55,123 bases of DNA from Pedosphaera sp. (GCA_009695285.1 SIBH01000002.1:1-55123); one strand, 5' to 3'; shown: positions 9,328-19,216, numbered from the stretch's first letter. The notes: generated by a model from the letters alone, not told the origin. Translations and numbers: made by a program.

Positions 9328-10124
9328 AACCGCACTCGGCTTTTCCCCGAGTAAACATTCATCCGCTGGCCGCGCAAAAATCCCACCAGCGTCTGTCCGC
9401 TCCGGCGCGCGAATTCCACCGCCAGGCTTGACGGCGCGGACACCGCGCAGACCACCGCGACCCGCGCCGCCAGCGCCTTCTGCAATATCTCGAACGACGC
9501 CCGTCCGCTCACCATCAGGACGTGGCGGTCGAACGGCAGCCGTCCAATGAGCAGGCCGAAGCCGAGCACCTTGTCCACCGCGTTGTGCCGCCCCACGTCT
9601 TCCCGCAACACCACCAGTTCGCCGTCCGCCGTGAACAGCGCCGCCGCGTGCAGGCCGCCCGTGCGGTCGAAGGCCTCCTGGCCGAGCCGCATCCGCTCCG
9701 GCAGGGCGAGGAGCGTTCTCGCGGCCACGGAAAATTTTCCGCGCACCGCCGGGAAATGCTGATGCACGGCGGCGATGCTCGCCTTGCCGCACAGTCCGCA
9801 GCTCGACGACGCAAAGACGTGCCGGGTGAGCCGCGCGAAATCGACGGTCACCTCCGGCGCGAGAAAGACGTTCAGCGTATTGCCGCTCCGGTTGCGCGGA
9901 TGCGGTTTGATCTGGCGGAGGTCGGCCTGAGTTTTGATTAACCCTTCTGAAAGCAGAAAGCCGGCGGCCAGTTCCGCGTCATGGCCGGGCGTGCGCATCG
10001 TCACGCTCACCGGGCGCGTGTCCACCTGGATTTCTAGTGGTTCCTCGACGGCCAGTTCCTCCGGCCGCCGCCGCGGCCGGCCGCCGGAATCCCAGTGCCA
10101 GACTTGTTTGATTTCAGTCTTCAA
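9324..10124 (-). CDS. fdhD: Formate dehydrogenase accessory sulfurtransferase
   Basis: VEEPLEI, TMRTPGHD, SSCGLCGK, TGGLHAAALF, REDVGRHNAVDK, VSAPSSLAV. Start is probably TTG at 10124 or 10133, because the ORF N-terminal extension is a REP. Confidence 0.93.
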   Translation of the reverse strand: MKTEIKQVWHWDSGGRPRRRPEELAVEEPLEIQVDTRPVSVTMRTPGHDAELAAGFLLSEGLIKTQADLRQIKPHPRNRSGNTLNVFLAPEVTVDFARLTRHVFASSSCGLCGKASIAAVHQHFPAVRGKFSVAARTLLALPERMRLGQEAFDRTGGLHAAALFTADGELVVLREDVGRHNAVDKVLGFGLLIGRLPFDRHVLMVSGRASFEILQKALAARVAVVCAVSAPSSLAVEFARRSGQTLVGFLRGQRMNVYSGKSRVRF

Positions 10125-10144
10125 ATGCTTCAATTGTTCCACCG

Positions 10145-10219
10145 GGTAGGGCGGGCAGTCCTCTGCCCGCCGCTGGTTGCAATCGCCCGATGGCGCGCAC
10201 GGAGTGACGCGCCCCACCT
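10145..10219. repeat. GTAG-type REP doublet
   Basis: ggtagggcgggcagtcctctgcccgccg ... tggcgcgcacggagtgacgcgccccacc; the left arm recurs at 47921. Confidence 0.7.
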
Positions 10220-10223
10220 TGCT

Positions 10224-12533
10224 TCACGGCGATTTCTCCACGCGCACCTGCGCGTTGTAATCCGGCACGCCGCCGAGCGTGTCGGTCAGGCCGCGACGGA
10301 TCAGATGGTTCGCCTCCGGCCAGTGGACCTGCAAGTTGCCGCGCGCAATTGGCGCGAGAAAGACCCGGCCCTCGTAGCGGCCCAGATCGTTCACCAGCGT
10401 GATGCGGTCGCTCTGCGCGAGGTGCAGCCGCGCGGCATCGTCCGGGTTGAAGAAAACCGCGTCGCGCGCCGCGCCGGTGAGCGGGTCAATCTCGGCGTAG
10501 ATGAGCGTGTTGAACTGTTTGCCGCGCCGCGTGCTGACTTCAAACGTGTCACCCGCTGAATGATCCGCGAGCTTCGGCAACTCCACGACGCGGAAATGTG
10601 CCTGGCCGTCGGCGGTGGCGAACTGGCCGTTGGCACAAAGATGCGCGCCGCCATATTGAAAAGCGTCGCCGGTTTTGTGGAGGTGCTGAAAGCCGTCGTA
10701 GAACGGGACGACGCGGGCGATCTCGTCGCGCATGGCCTGGCCCGTTTCGCAGCCGAGCAGGTGGGCGCGCTCCGGCCAGACGGCGGCGGCCAGCTCGCGC
10801 AAAATTTTCCACTCCGCCTTGCACTCGCCGACCTGACGCGGGATTTCCGGACTGAAAATGATGCGGCGTTCGGTGGTGGTTTCCGTGCCTCCGTCATCCT
10901 GTTCGTAGCGCGTTTTCGCCGGGAGCAGGATGACCTCCTCCTTCGCCTCGATGAACATCTGGTCGGTGAGGATGATGTCCTGGTGGACGCGCAGCGGGAC
11001 GTTGGCCATCGCGCGGGCCACGTAATCCGGCTCCGGCAAGGTGCGGAGAAAATTTCCGCCGAGACAATAAAGCACGTCGAGCTGGCCGCGCGCGCCCTGC
11101 TCGACCATGTCCACGGCGGTCAGTCCGGGCCAGTCGGGCACGGGGAAACCGTATTGTTCGGAAAGATTTTTGGCGTTCGCGGCGTTGACGGTCTTGCCGC
11201 CGGGGAAGGCCGTGGCATAGGCGCCCATCTCCGCGCCGCCCTGCACGCTGCTGTGGCCGCGGATCGGCATGAGGCCGTTTTTGTCGCGGCCCACGTAGCC
11301 GCGCGCGAGGCCGAGGTTGAGCACCATCGAGACGCCGTCGCCGCCGTAGGCGTGCTGCGTGATGCCCATGCTCCAGACGAGCACGGCGTTTTTCGCGTCG
11401 CGGATCAGCTCGGCAAACTCCCGCATGTCGGCGCGGGTCAGGCCGGACTGCGCCTCCAAGGTTTCCAGTTTCAGGCCTTCCGTTTTCAGTTTCAGCTCTT
11501 GAAAATCCGCCGTGTGCCCGCGGATGAAGGATTCATTCGTCCAGCCGTTCTCGAACAATATTTTTAACACGCCGTAGAGAAACGCGATGTCGCCGCCCTG
11601 GCTCACGGGAAACCAGTAGTCCATGAGATCGCTGCCGAAGAGCGCGCTGCTCGCCGTGCTCGGCACCCAGTAACGCTCCATGCCCGGTTCGCGATACGGG
11701 TTCACGCAGACGATTTTCGTGCCGAGCGCTTTGGCCTCGTGGAGATATTTGGTGGTGACCGGTTGGTCGTTGGCGGGGTTCGCGCCGAAGAAAATAATCA
11801 GGTCGGTGCCATACCAGTCCTGGTAGCTGCACGTCGAGGCGGCAACGCCGATGGCGTGCTTCATCGCGCCGGTGCTGGGCGAATGGCAGAGGCGCGCGGC
11901 GTTATCGACGTTGTTCGTGCCGAGGAAGCGCGCGACTTTCTGCGCCATGTAATAAATCTCGTTGGTCACGCCGCGCGAGGTGACGAAGAAGGCGAAGCGA
12001 TGCGGATCGGTATCGCGGATTTTTTTGGCGATGCGCGCGTAGGCGTCGTCCCAGGAGATGCGGCGGAAACCGCGCGCGCCGTGTTCGCGCAGCAAAGGGC
12101 AGGGGATGCGGCCGAGTTCGCGGAGTTGGGCGTTGTCGAATTCCGGAGCGCCGCTCTCCGAGCCGGCGCGTTTGGGGTTTGATTCGCGCCGGGTCGGAGA
12201 CCGGCGCTCCGCCGCGAGTTTCATCCGCAGCTCTTCCACGTTCTCAAGCAGCCTTTCATCTAGCGCCGGCATGGTGTTCAACCGAAGCAGATTCAACCGC
12301 GTCATGCACAGGTGCGTGCCCTTGATCGTCCAGTCATGCAGCCCGGCGACGCCGAGCGCGCAGCCGTCGCACACGCCCTTGGTGATGACCTTCCACGCGT
12401 AGCCGAGATTATCGCGGTTCTTCCAGACGATCTCGGCCATGTCGCGGAAATGTTTGGGCTTGGTCTGGCCGAGACCGAAGGGCACGACGGATTGCAGGCG
12501 GGCTTTCCAGTTTTTTGTGATGCGGCGCGACAT
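10224..12533 (-). CDS. FdhF/YdeP family molybdopterin oxidoreductase
   Basis: CDGCALG, NNVDNAARLCHSPS (Cys Mo ligand), PIRGHSSVQG, STRRGKQFN; adjacent to fdhD. Confidence 0.92.
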   Translation of the reverse strand: MSRRITKNWKARLQSVVPFGLGQTKPKHFRDMAEIVWKNRDNLGYAWKVITKGVCDGCALGVAGLHDWTIKGTHLCMTRLNLLRLNTMPALDERLLENVEELRMKLAAERRSPTRRESNPKRAGSESGAPEFDNAQLRELGRIPCPLLREHGARGFRRISWDDAYARIAKKIRDTDPHRFAFFVTSRGVTNEIYYMAQKVARFLGTNNVDNAARLCHSPSTGAMKHAIGVAASTCSYQDWYGTDLIIFFGANPANDQPVTTKYLHEAKALGTKIVCVNPYREPGMERYWVPSTASSALFGSDLMDYWFPVSQGGDIAFLYGVLKILFENGWTNESFIRGHTADFQELKLKTEGLKLETLEAQSGLTRADMREFAELIRDAKNAVLVWSMGITQHAYGGDGVSMVLNLGLARGYVGRDKNGLMPIRGHSSVQGGAEMGAYATAFPGGKTVNAANAKNLSEQYGFPVPDWPGLTAVDMVEQGARGQLDVLYCLGGNFLRTLPEPDYVARAMANVPLRVHQDIILTDQMFIEAKEEVILLPAKTRYEQDDGGTETTTERRIIFSPEIPRQVGECKAEWKILRELAAAVWPERAHLLGCETGQAMRDEIARVVPFYDGFQHLHKTGDAFQYGGAHLCANGQFATADGQAHFRVVELPKLADHSAGDTFEVSTRRGKQFNTLIYAEIDPLTGAARDAVFFNPDDAARLHLAQSDRITLVNDLGRYEGRVFLAPIARGNLQVHWPEANHLIRRGLTDTLGGVPDYNAQVRVEKSP
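12145..12210. repeat. 66-bp REP-like hairpin inserted in-frame in the fdhF-like gene
   Basis: ggagcgccgctctccgagccggcgcg ... cgcgccgggtcggagaccggcgctcc; the translated segment reads AERRSPTRRESNPKRAGSESGAP. Confidence 0.8.
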
Positions 12534-12668
12534 GAATGTGAATTTGCGTTTGTTGCCGGAGAACTAAAGCAGCCGCCGCAACGCACTGTCAACGCCGCCC
12601 ATCGTCACGTCCGGTCCGTCCGGCTTTGCACTGGACGCTCGCCTGGCCGCTGTTAGATTTGCCCCGCT

Positions 12669-13898
12669 ATGTCAACCACCGCGCCTGTCGCGCCCCAAAA
12701 GATCAATCTCCGCCGGCCTGAGATCATGGAGGCCGTCCAGGCCCAGGTCATCTCGCATTACCGCAGCGAACTCGTCGAGCGCATCCGCGCCAAGGGCAGC
12801 GTGCTCTCCGCCGATGGTTTGCTGAGCATCAAGCTCGCGAAGGAGTTCGGTTTTTGTTACGGTGTCGAGCGCGCCATTGACCTCGCCTACGCGGCGCGCA
12901 AATCGTTTCCGCCGGAGAAGCCGATCTATCTGCTCGGCGAAATCATCCACAACCCGGAAGTCAACGACCAGATCAGCAACCTCGGCATCCTGACCATTTC
13001 GCCCAAGCCCGACGACGAGGAGCTGTCCCGGCTGCATCCCGGCGATGTCGTCATCATCCCCGCCTTCGGCACCGAGGTCGTCACGCGCCGGAAGCTCGAG
13101 GAGAAGCAGTGCGTGCTGGTGGACACCACCTGCGGCGACGTGATGAGCGTCTGGAAGCGCGTGCGGCAATACTCGAAGGAGAGTGTCACCAGCATCATCC
13201 ACGGCAAGGCCAGGCACGAGGAGACCAAGGCCACCACCTCCCAGGCCACGGCCTACGGGAGCGGCCATTACCTCGTCTGCTTCAGCCTCGGGGAGACGGA
13301 CTACGTTTGTAATTACATTCTCCACGGCGGGAGCAAGGAGGAGTTTCTGAAAAAATTCAAGGGCGCCCACTCGCCGGGCTTTGACCCGGACAAACACCTC
13401 GAGGCTGTGGGCGTGGCGAATCAGACCACCATGCTGCGCGGGGAAACCGAGGAGGTGCAGCGCCGTTTTCGGGCCGCGATGGAGAAAAAGCATGGCGTGG
13501 AAAACATCGCCCAGCACTTCCGGTTCTTCGACACCATCTGCGGCGCGACCCAGGACCGGCAGGACGCGCTGGAAAAACTGCTCAAGGAAAAACTGGACCT
13601 GCTCATCGTTATCGGCGGCTACAACTCGTCGAACACCTCGCATCTCGCCGAGATGGGCGAGGCGGTGCTGCCCACCTACTTCATCAAGAACGCCGCGAAA
13701 ATGGCGAACGACCAGGTCATCGTCCACTGGGATCAGCACCGGCACGAGGAGGTCGAGACGCGCGACTGGCTCCCGTCCGGCAAGATCACCGTCGGCATCA
13801 CCGCCGGCGCGTCCTGTCCGAACAACCTGATCGAGGACGCCATCAAGCGGCTGTTCGATCTGCGCGGCGTGAGCGTCCAGGAATTGCTGGCGAGCTGA
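12669..13898 (+). CDS. ispH: 4-hydroxy-3-methylbut-2-enyl diphosphate reductase
   Basis: FGFCYGVERAI, IIHNP, VDTTC, NQTT, DTICGATQDRQ, GGYNSSNT, GITAGASCP. Confidence 0.97.
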   Translation: MSTTAPVAPQKINLRRPEIMEAVQAQVISHYRSELVERIRAKGSVLSADGLLSIKLAKEFGFCYGVERAIDLAYAARKSFPPEKPIYLLGEIIHNPEVNDQISNLGILTISPKPDDEELSRLHPGDVVIIPAFGTEVVTRRKLEEKQCVLVDTTCGDVMSVWKRVRQYSKESVTSIIHGKARHEETKATTSQATAYGSGHYLVCFSLGETDYVCNYILHGGSKEEFLKKFKGAHSPGFDPDKHLEAVGVANQTTMLRGETEEVQRRFRAAMEKKHGVENIAQHFRFFDTICGATQDRQDALEKLLKEKLDLLIVIGGYNSSNTSHLAEMGEAVLPTYFIKNAAKMANDQVIVHWDQHRHEEVETRDWLPSGKITVGITAGASCPNNLIEDAIKRLFDLRGVSVQELLAS

Positions 13899-13900
13899 CC

Positions 13901-15052
13901 ATGCCCTGCACGCGCGCAGACCTCGAGGCCCGCGAACGGCAATTCCTCGCGCCCTACGCCCAGTTCAGCGCCGACACCCGCGGCCGCCAGCACGCCGAGG
14001 AACCGCCCGAATGGCGCACCCACTACCAGCGCGACCGCGACCGCGTGATCCACTCGCGCGCCTTCCGCCGGCTCGAATACAAGACCCAGGTTTTTCTCAA
14101 CGGCACCGGCGACCACCTCCGCACCCGGCTCACCCACACCATGGAAGTCGCGGGCATCTCGCGGAACATCGCCCGCGCGCTCCGGATCAACGAGGACCTC
14201 ACCGAGACCATTGCGCTCGCGCACGACCTCGGCCATCCGCCGTTCGGGCACAAGGGCGAGGCGTGCCTGAACCGCCTGATGAAAAAGCACGGCGGCTTCG
14301 AGCACAACTGCCAGAGCCTGCGGATCGTCGAAGAATTGGAGCAGAAGTATCCGGGCTTTCGTGGACTGAACCTGAGCTGGGAGGTGCGCGAGGGACTCGT
14401 GAAGCACTACACCGCCTGTGATCATCCCGCCAGGCGCAAGGGCTTCGACGCAAAATCCTCCTCCCTCGAGGCGCAGGTCGCCAACCTCGCCGACGAGATC
14501 ACCTACTACAGCCACGACCTGGACGACGGTCTCACCTCCGGCCTCCTCTCGGAAAAAAATTTGCGGCGCGACGTCCGCATCTGGGCGCAGGCCGACCGCA
14601 CCATCCAGCGCGAGCACGGCGCGCTGCCCGAGGAATGCCGGCACTACTTCATCATCCGCTGCCTGATCGACGGCCAGGTGAAGGACGTGGTGAACACCAC
14701 CGAAGAACGCCTGCGCGCCACCGGCGTGCCCAGCGCCGATGCCGTGCGGCTCCAGCCGAAACCGCTGGTGCAATACAGCCCGGAACGCCGCGCGCAAAAC
14801 CAGGAGCTGCGCAAATATCTCTACAAAAATCTTTACTACTCACCGGAGGTTCACGGCCCGAACCTGCGCGCGGTGCAGATGCTCGAGGACTTGTTTCACC
14901 ACTACACCGCCCATCACGGCGAGATCAGCGAGTTCACCCGCAAGCGCGCCCGGAAGGACGGCTGGCCCCTCGCCATCTGCGATTACCTCGCCGGCATGAC
15001 CGACCGCTTCGCAATGCTCGAACACGCGCGGCTGTTTGGTGTGAAATCTTAG
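13901..15052 (+). CDS. dgt: Deoxyguanosinetriphosphate triphosphohydrolase (dGTPase-like)
   Basis: QRDRDRVIHSRAFRRLEYKTQVF, RTRLTHT, AHDLGHPPFGH, DYLAGMTD. Confidence 0.93.
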   Translation: MPCTRADLEARERQFLAPYAQFSADTRGRQHAEEPPEWRTHYQRDRDRVIHSRAFRRLEYKTQVFLNGTGDHLRTRLTHTMEVAGISRNIARALRINEDLTETIALAHDLGHPPFGHKGEACLNRLMKKHGGFEHNCQSLRIVEELEQKYPGFRGLNLSWEVREGLVKHYTACDHPARRKGFDAKSSSLEAQVANLADEITYYSHDLDDGLTSGLLSEKNLRRDVRIWAQADRTIQREHGALPEECRHYFIIRCLIDGQVKDVVNTTEERLRATGVPSADAVRLQPKPLVQYSPERRAQNQELRKYLYKNLYYSPEVHGPNLRAVQMLEDLFHHYTAHHGEISEFTRKRARKDGWPLAICDYLAGMTDRFAMLEHARLFGVKS

Positions 15053-15077
15053 CGGCAGGCGAGGGCGTCCGCCGCTA
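15050..15077. repeat. REP remnant hairpin overlapping the dgt stop
   Basis: tagcggc-N14-gccgcta followed by cg. Confidence 0.45.
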
Positions 15078-15138
15078 CGGGTGTCCTCCGTTGATTCCGT
15101 TCTTGAACCGGTCACCGCAAACGGTGTTTCATCGCGGG

Positions 15139-16299
15139 ATGGAAATCATCTCTCGGCGCTGTCTCCTCGCTTCCCTCCTCAGCCTGCTGGTCGTCACCGG
15201 CTGTCAGTCCGCCTCGAAGCCGGCCGCGCCCGGCTCGATGTTCGTCTATGTCGGCACCTACACCAGCAAACAGAGCAAGGGCATTTATCGCAGCCGGCTC
15301 GACCTCGCCACGGGCGGGTTGGCGCAGCCGGAACTGGTCGCCGAGTCGGCCAACCCCACGTATCTCGCGGTGCATCCCAGCCAGAAGTTTCTCTATGCGA
15401 TCAATGAAACCGGTTCCGGCGCGAAGGCCGGGGCGGTCAGCGCCTTTGCCATCGACGCCAAGACCGGCGGCCTCACGGCCTTAAACCAGCAGACCGCCGG
15501 CGGCGCGGGGCCGTGTCATCTCGTCGTGGACGGCGCGGGGAAAAACGTGCTGCTCGCCAACTACGGCGGCGGGAGCATCGAATCCGTGCCGATCAAGGCC
15601 GACGGTTCGCTGGCCGAGCCGGTCACTTTCATCCAGCAGACGGATGACAGCGGAAAGCCCGGACGTCCGCGGGAGCCGCGCGCCCATTGCATCGTGGTCG
15701 ATGGCGCGAACCGTTTCGCCTACGTCTGCTACGCCGGGCTCGACAAGGTGATGATTTACAAATTCGATTCCGCCAAGGGCACGCTGGTCCCGAATGATCC
15801 GCCGTGGGGCACGGTCAAACCCGGCGCCGGCCCGCGCCATCAGTCGATGCATCCTTCCGGCCGGTTCACCTACGTGATCAACGAAACGGATTCCACGCTC
15901 ACCGCGTTTGCCTGCGACTCCGCGAGCGGCGCGCTGAAGGAGATTGAAACGCATCCCACGCTGCCGGCGCCCGTCCCCGGCAACAGCACGGCGGAAATTG
16001 AAGTCCATCCGTCCGGCAAATTTGTTTATGGCTCGAACCGCGGCCACGACAGCATCGTGGTCTTCGCGATCGACCAGGCCACCGGCCGGCTCACGTTCGT
16101 CGAGCATCAAAAGACCCAGGGCAAGACGCCGCGCAATTTCGCCATTGATCCGAGCGGCACGTTCCTGCTGGCCGCCAACCAGAATTCCGACACGGTCGTC
16201 GTTTTCCGCATTGATCAGAAGACGGGCAAGCTCACCCCGACCGGCCACACCATCGAGGTAGGCGCGCCGGTCGCCCTGAAATTTGTCCCGGTCAAATAG
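15139..16299 (+). CDS. Lactonase family beta-propeller (6-phosphogluconolactonase, YbhE/Pgl-like), putative lipoprotein
   Basis: YVGTYT, ANYGGG, GAGPRH, SNRGHDSI, PRNFAID; lipobox VTGC. Confidence 0.9.
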   Translation: MEIISRRCLLASLLSLLVVTGCQSASKPAAPGSMFVYVGTYTSKQSKGIYRSRLDLATGGLAQPELVAESANPTYLAVHPSQKFLYAINETGSGAKAGAVSAFAIDAKTGGLTALNQQTAGGAGPCHLVVDGAGKNVLLANYGGGSIESVPIKADGSLAEPVTFIQQTDDSGKPGRPREPRAHCIVVDGANRFAYVCYAGLDKVMIYKFDSAKGTLVPNDPPWGTVKPGAGPRHQSMHPSGRFTYVINETDSTLTAFACDSASGALKEIETHPTLPAPVPGNSTAEIEVHPSGKFVYGSNRGHDSIVVFAIDQATGRLTFVEHQKTQGKTPRNFAIDPSGTFLLAANQNSDTVVVFRIDQKTGKLTPTGHTIEVGAPVALKFVPVK

Positions 16300-16319
16300 T
16301 CCGTCGAACTCTCCTGCAA

Positions 16320-17798
16320 ATGAAAACCATTCTCTCCCGTCTTTTCTGTCTGCTGCTCTGGTCACTCGCGCCCGTGCTATCGTTCGCGGCCGATTACGAG
16401 GCGCGCATTTTCACCAACGCCGCCGGCCAGACGCTGCCGTATCGTCTGCTCCAGCCGAAGGATTACGACGCGAAACAAAAATATCCGCTGGTCACCTTCT
16501 TCCACGGCGCGGGCGAACGCGGCGTGAACAATTCCGCGCAACTGGTCCATGGCACCAGCCATTATGCCCAGGCCGCGAACCGTGAAAAATTTCCGTGCTT
16601 CGTCATCGCGCCGCAATGCCCGAACGGCCAGCAATGGGTGGACATGCCGTGGGGCGCGACTTCCGGCGTGCAGCCCAAGCCGCCCAGCGCCGCGATGGCG
16701 TTGGTCCTGGAACTCATGGCCGCGCTGCCCAAGGAATTCAGCATCGACGACGGTCGCCTCCACGTGACCGGGCTTTCCATGGGCGGCTACGCGACGTGGG
16801 ATTGCATCACGCGGTTCCCCGGACGGTTCGCGGCGGCCGTGCCGATCTGCGGCGGCGGTGATGAGAAGACCGTCAACGCTGCTGTCGCCAAGACACCGGT
16901 CTGGGCTTTTCACTCGGACGACGACACTGCGGTGAAAGTGAAGCGCACGCGGAACATGATCCAGGCGATGCGCGAGGCCGGCGGTGCGCCGCATTATTTC
17001 GAGTACTGGGGACTGGGCCACAACTCGTGGGGCCGGGCCTACGCCGAGCCGGAACTGCTCCCGTGGATGTTCGCGCAGCGCGCCGGCCAGCCAGACAAGT
17101 ACGAACTCAAAACGAAACCGCCGGAACTGCCGGCTGTCGCCAAGTTTCCCGCCGACGAGGCGTTCCCCGGTGAAGGCCCGATTCGCAAACAGGACTGGTT
17201 TCGCAATCTCTGGCGCGAGCGCCGGTTGGCGTGGTGGAACAGCCGCGAGAAGGACCAGGGCGCGGTGGTGTTCCTCGGCGACTCGATTACGCAGGGGTGG
17301 GGCAGTCTGGCGAAAGATTTTCCGGGGCTGAAAACCGCCAACCGCGGCATCAGCGGCGACCTCACGCGCGGCGTGCTCTTCCGGCTCAAGGAAGATGTCC
17401 TCGATCTGAACCCGAAGGCGGTAGTGCTGCTCATCGGCACGAACGATCTGGAGGATCAGGCCGAGCCGGCGGTCATCGCCGGCAATGTGAAAATCATTCT
17501 CGCTCGGCTCAAGGCGCACAACCCGAAGCTGCCGGTCATCGTCTGCAAGGTAATGCCGAGTTCCGCGACGAAGCGGCGGCCGGCGGGGAAAATCCAGCAG
17601 ATCAACGCGCTGGTCGGCGAGTTGGTGAAAGGCGACACCCAGTTCATCCGTTGCGACACCTGGTCGGTCTTCGCCAGCGAGCAGGGTGACGCGAAGCAGG
17701 AGGAGTTTCCCGATCTGCTGCATCCGAACGCCGCCGGCTACGCGAAGTGGAAGGCGGCTCTGGAGCCGATTTTTGGGAAGTTGAACCTAGGGAATTGA
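16320..17798 (+). CDS. Secreted alpha/beta-hydrolase (esterase) fused to an SGNH/GDSL hydrolase
   Basis: Signal peptide; HGAGERG and GLSMGG in domain 1; GDSIT, NRGISGD, GTND, DLLHPN in domain 2. Confidence 0.88.
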   Translation: MKTILSRLFCLLLWSLAPVLSFAADYEARIFTNAAGQTLPYRLLQPKDYDAKQKYPLVTFFHGAGERGVNNSAQLVHGTSHYAQAANREKFPCFVIAPQCPNGQQWVDMPWGATSGVQPKPPSAAMALVLELMAALPKEFSIDDGRLHVTGLSMGGYATWDCITRFPGRFAAAVPICGGGDEKTVNAAVAKTPVWAFHSDDDTAVKVKRTRNMIQAMREAGGAPHYFEYWGLGHNSWGRAYAEPELLPWMFAQRAGQPDKYELKTKPPELPAVAKFPADEAFPGEGPIRKQDWFRNLWRERRLAWWNSREKDQGAVVFLGDSITQGWGSLAKDFPGLKTANRGISGDLTRGVLFRLKEDVLDLNPKAVVLLIGTNDLEDQAEPAVIAGNVKIILARLKAHNPKLPVIVCKVMPSSATKRRPAGKIQQINALVGELVKGDTQFIRCDTWSVFASEQGDAKQEEFPDLLHPNAAGYAKWKAALEPIFGKLNLGN

Positions 17799-17857
17799 GT
17801 TTTCGGAACCGTCTCACCTCCCATTTGCAGAGTGAGCGTGATGAATGGGAAAAGTTC

Positions 17858-17886
17858 TTGCGATCACTAGGGGCGTCGGCTATTTT
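17858..17886 (+). promoter_or_regulatory. Promoter of tRNA-Lys
   Basis: TTGCGA-17nt-TATTTT, 17 nt upstream of the tRNA. Confidence 0.55.
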
Positions 17887-17903
17887 TTGCGCCCCTTGGA
17901 CAC

Positions 17904-17979
17904 GGGTTGGTAGCTCAGTTGGTAGAGCAGTGCCCTTTTAAGGCATTGGTCGAGGGTTCGAGTCCCTCCCAACCCACCA
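17904..17979 (+). tRNA. tRNA-Lys (anticodon TTT)
   Basis: Acceptor GGGTTGG/CCAACCC, D-arm AGCTCAGTTGGTAGAGC, anticodon loop CTTTTAA, GGTTCGAGTCC, encoded CCA. Confidence 0.97.
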
Positions 17980-18205
17980 TTTTTTCCGGCAAATATTTGT
18001 TAGCGGAAAAAATCTTTTTGACAGGGAAAAAATTTGCCGGATTGTTTGCTTGTTCAGCCCTTCTGTGTGTGAGCTGAATTTTTGGATCGACCCGTCCATG
18101 CGTGTGGACGGGCCGCTCCTTTTTAACCCCGCAACAGCCCGCCGGCTGATGGATGTGCCCGACCGCGGCCGGGCGCCTGATTTCATGGCGTTGCGTTCGT
18201 GTCCC

Positions 18206-18963
18206 ATCGTTGTCAATGCGCGGGACGCCATGACGCGGGGTGGCAAGCTCACCCTTTCGACCTTTGCCGTCGAGATTAACGAGGCCTATGTGCAGCGGCA
18301 TCCGGAAGCCCGGGCCGAGGCATTTGTCTGTCCGAGCGTGACCGACACTGGATGCGGCATGGATGCGACGCTGCTCAAACATTTTTTTGAACCGTTCTTC
18401 ACCACCAAGGAAGTGGGCAAGGGCACCGGCCTCGGGCTGGCGACGGTTTATGGAATCGTCAAACAGCACACCGGCTGGCTGGAAGTTTCCAGCGAGGTGG
18501 GCAGGGGAAGACCTTTAGAATTTTTTTTGCCGGTCAGTTCCAAGTCGGTGCAGCCCGCGCCTGGCGACCTCGGCCACCACGACGTGCGCGGAGGCACGGA
18601 GACGATCCTGCTGGTCGAGGACGAGATGGCCCTGCGTGAGTTGGTCATCGAGGTGCTGCAACGCTACGGCTACAAAATCCTCGAAGCGGCCTCCGGCGTG
18701 CAGGCCCTGGCCGTCTGGAGCGAGCATAAGGGCCGGATCGACCTCGTGCTCACCGACATGATGATGCCGGAAGGCGTCTCGGGCGGCGAACTGGCCGCGC
18801 GCATCCTGGCCGAGATCCGGGCATGAAAATTCTCTACACCAGCGGCTACTCGGTGGAAGTTCTGAGCCGCGAAATCGAGTTCAAGGAAGGTGTTAATTTT
18901 TTACAGAAGCCCTACCTGCCGCAGGTTCTCGCCCAGACCGTCCGCACCTGTCTTGACGCCTGA
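18206..18963 (+). pseudogene. Truncated, frameshifted hybrid histidine kinase/receiver (CckA-like)
   Basis: Starts at the N-box VVNARDAM with no HisKA or sensor. FEPFFTTK and GTGLGL are intact. The receiver is frameshifted near 18813 and continues MKILYTSGYS...LQKPY to TGA 18963. Confidence 0.85.
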
Positions 18964-19009
18964 AACCGTGCTGGTGAAATTTTGTTTCGGTGCCGAAAAT
19001 TTTTTCCGC

Positions 19010-19037
19010 GTGACAAGCCCGTTTCGCTGCCTATATT
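19010..19037 (+). promoter_or_regulatory. Promoter of tRNA-Glu
   Basis: GTGACA-16nt-TATATT upstream of the tRNA. Confidence 0.55.
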
Positions 19038-19052
19038 CCACGCCTCTTTGAC

Positions 19053-19127
19053 GACCCTATGGTCTAGCGGTTAGGACACCTCCCTTTCACGGAGGTAGCC
19101 CGGGTTCGATTCCCGGTAGGGTCGCCA
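19053..19127 (+). tRNA. tRNA-Glu (anticodon TTC)
   Basis: Acceptor GACCCTA/TAGGGTC, anticodon arm CCTCC-CTTTCAC-GGAGG, GGTTCGATTCC, encoded CCA. Confidence 0.97.
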
Positions 19128-19216
19128 CTGTCAAATTTGGTGGGGGGAAATTTGCCTGCAACATTTTCCAAAAAAGCTTTTTCTGAAGCCGGGATCGTGC
19201 TAGGCTTCGGTCAACC

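Noticed and set aside
10125-10217. N-terminal extension of FdhD (similar extensions on ORFs 46130, 52982, 14635, 28011)
   Set aside because: The extensions run through REP elements or neighbouring genes. Downstream starts fit the family N-termini.
10224-12533. Selenocysteine formate dehydrogenase
   Set aside because: The active-site position is Cys (RLCH) and there is no in-frame TGA.
17904-19127. Integrative element or prophage at the tRNAs
   Set aside because: No integrase, no phage genes and no duplicated tRNA 3' end found in the window.
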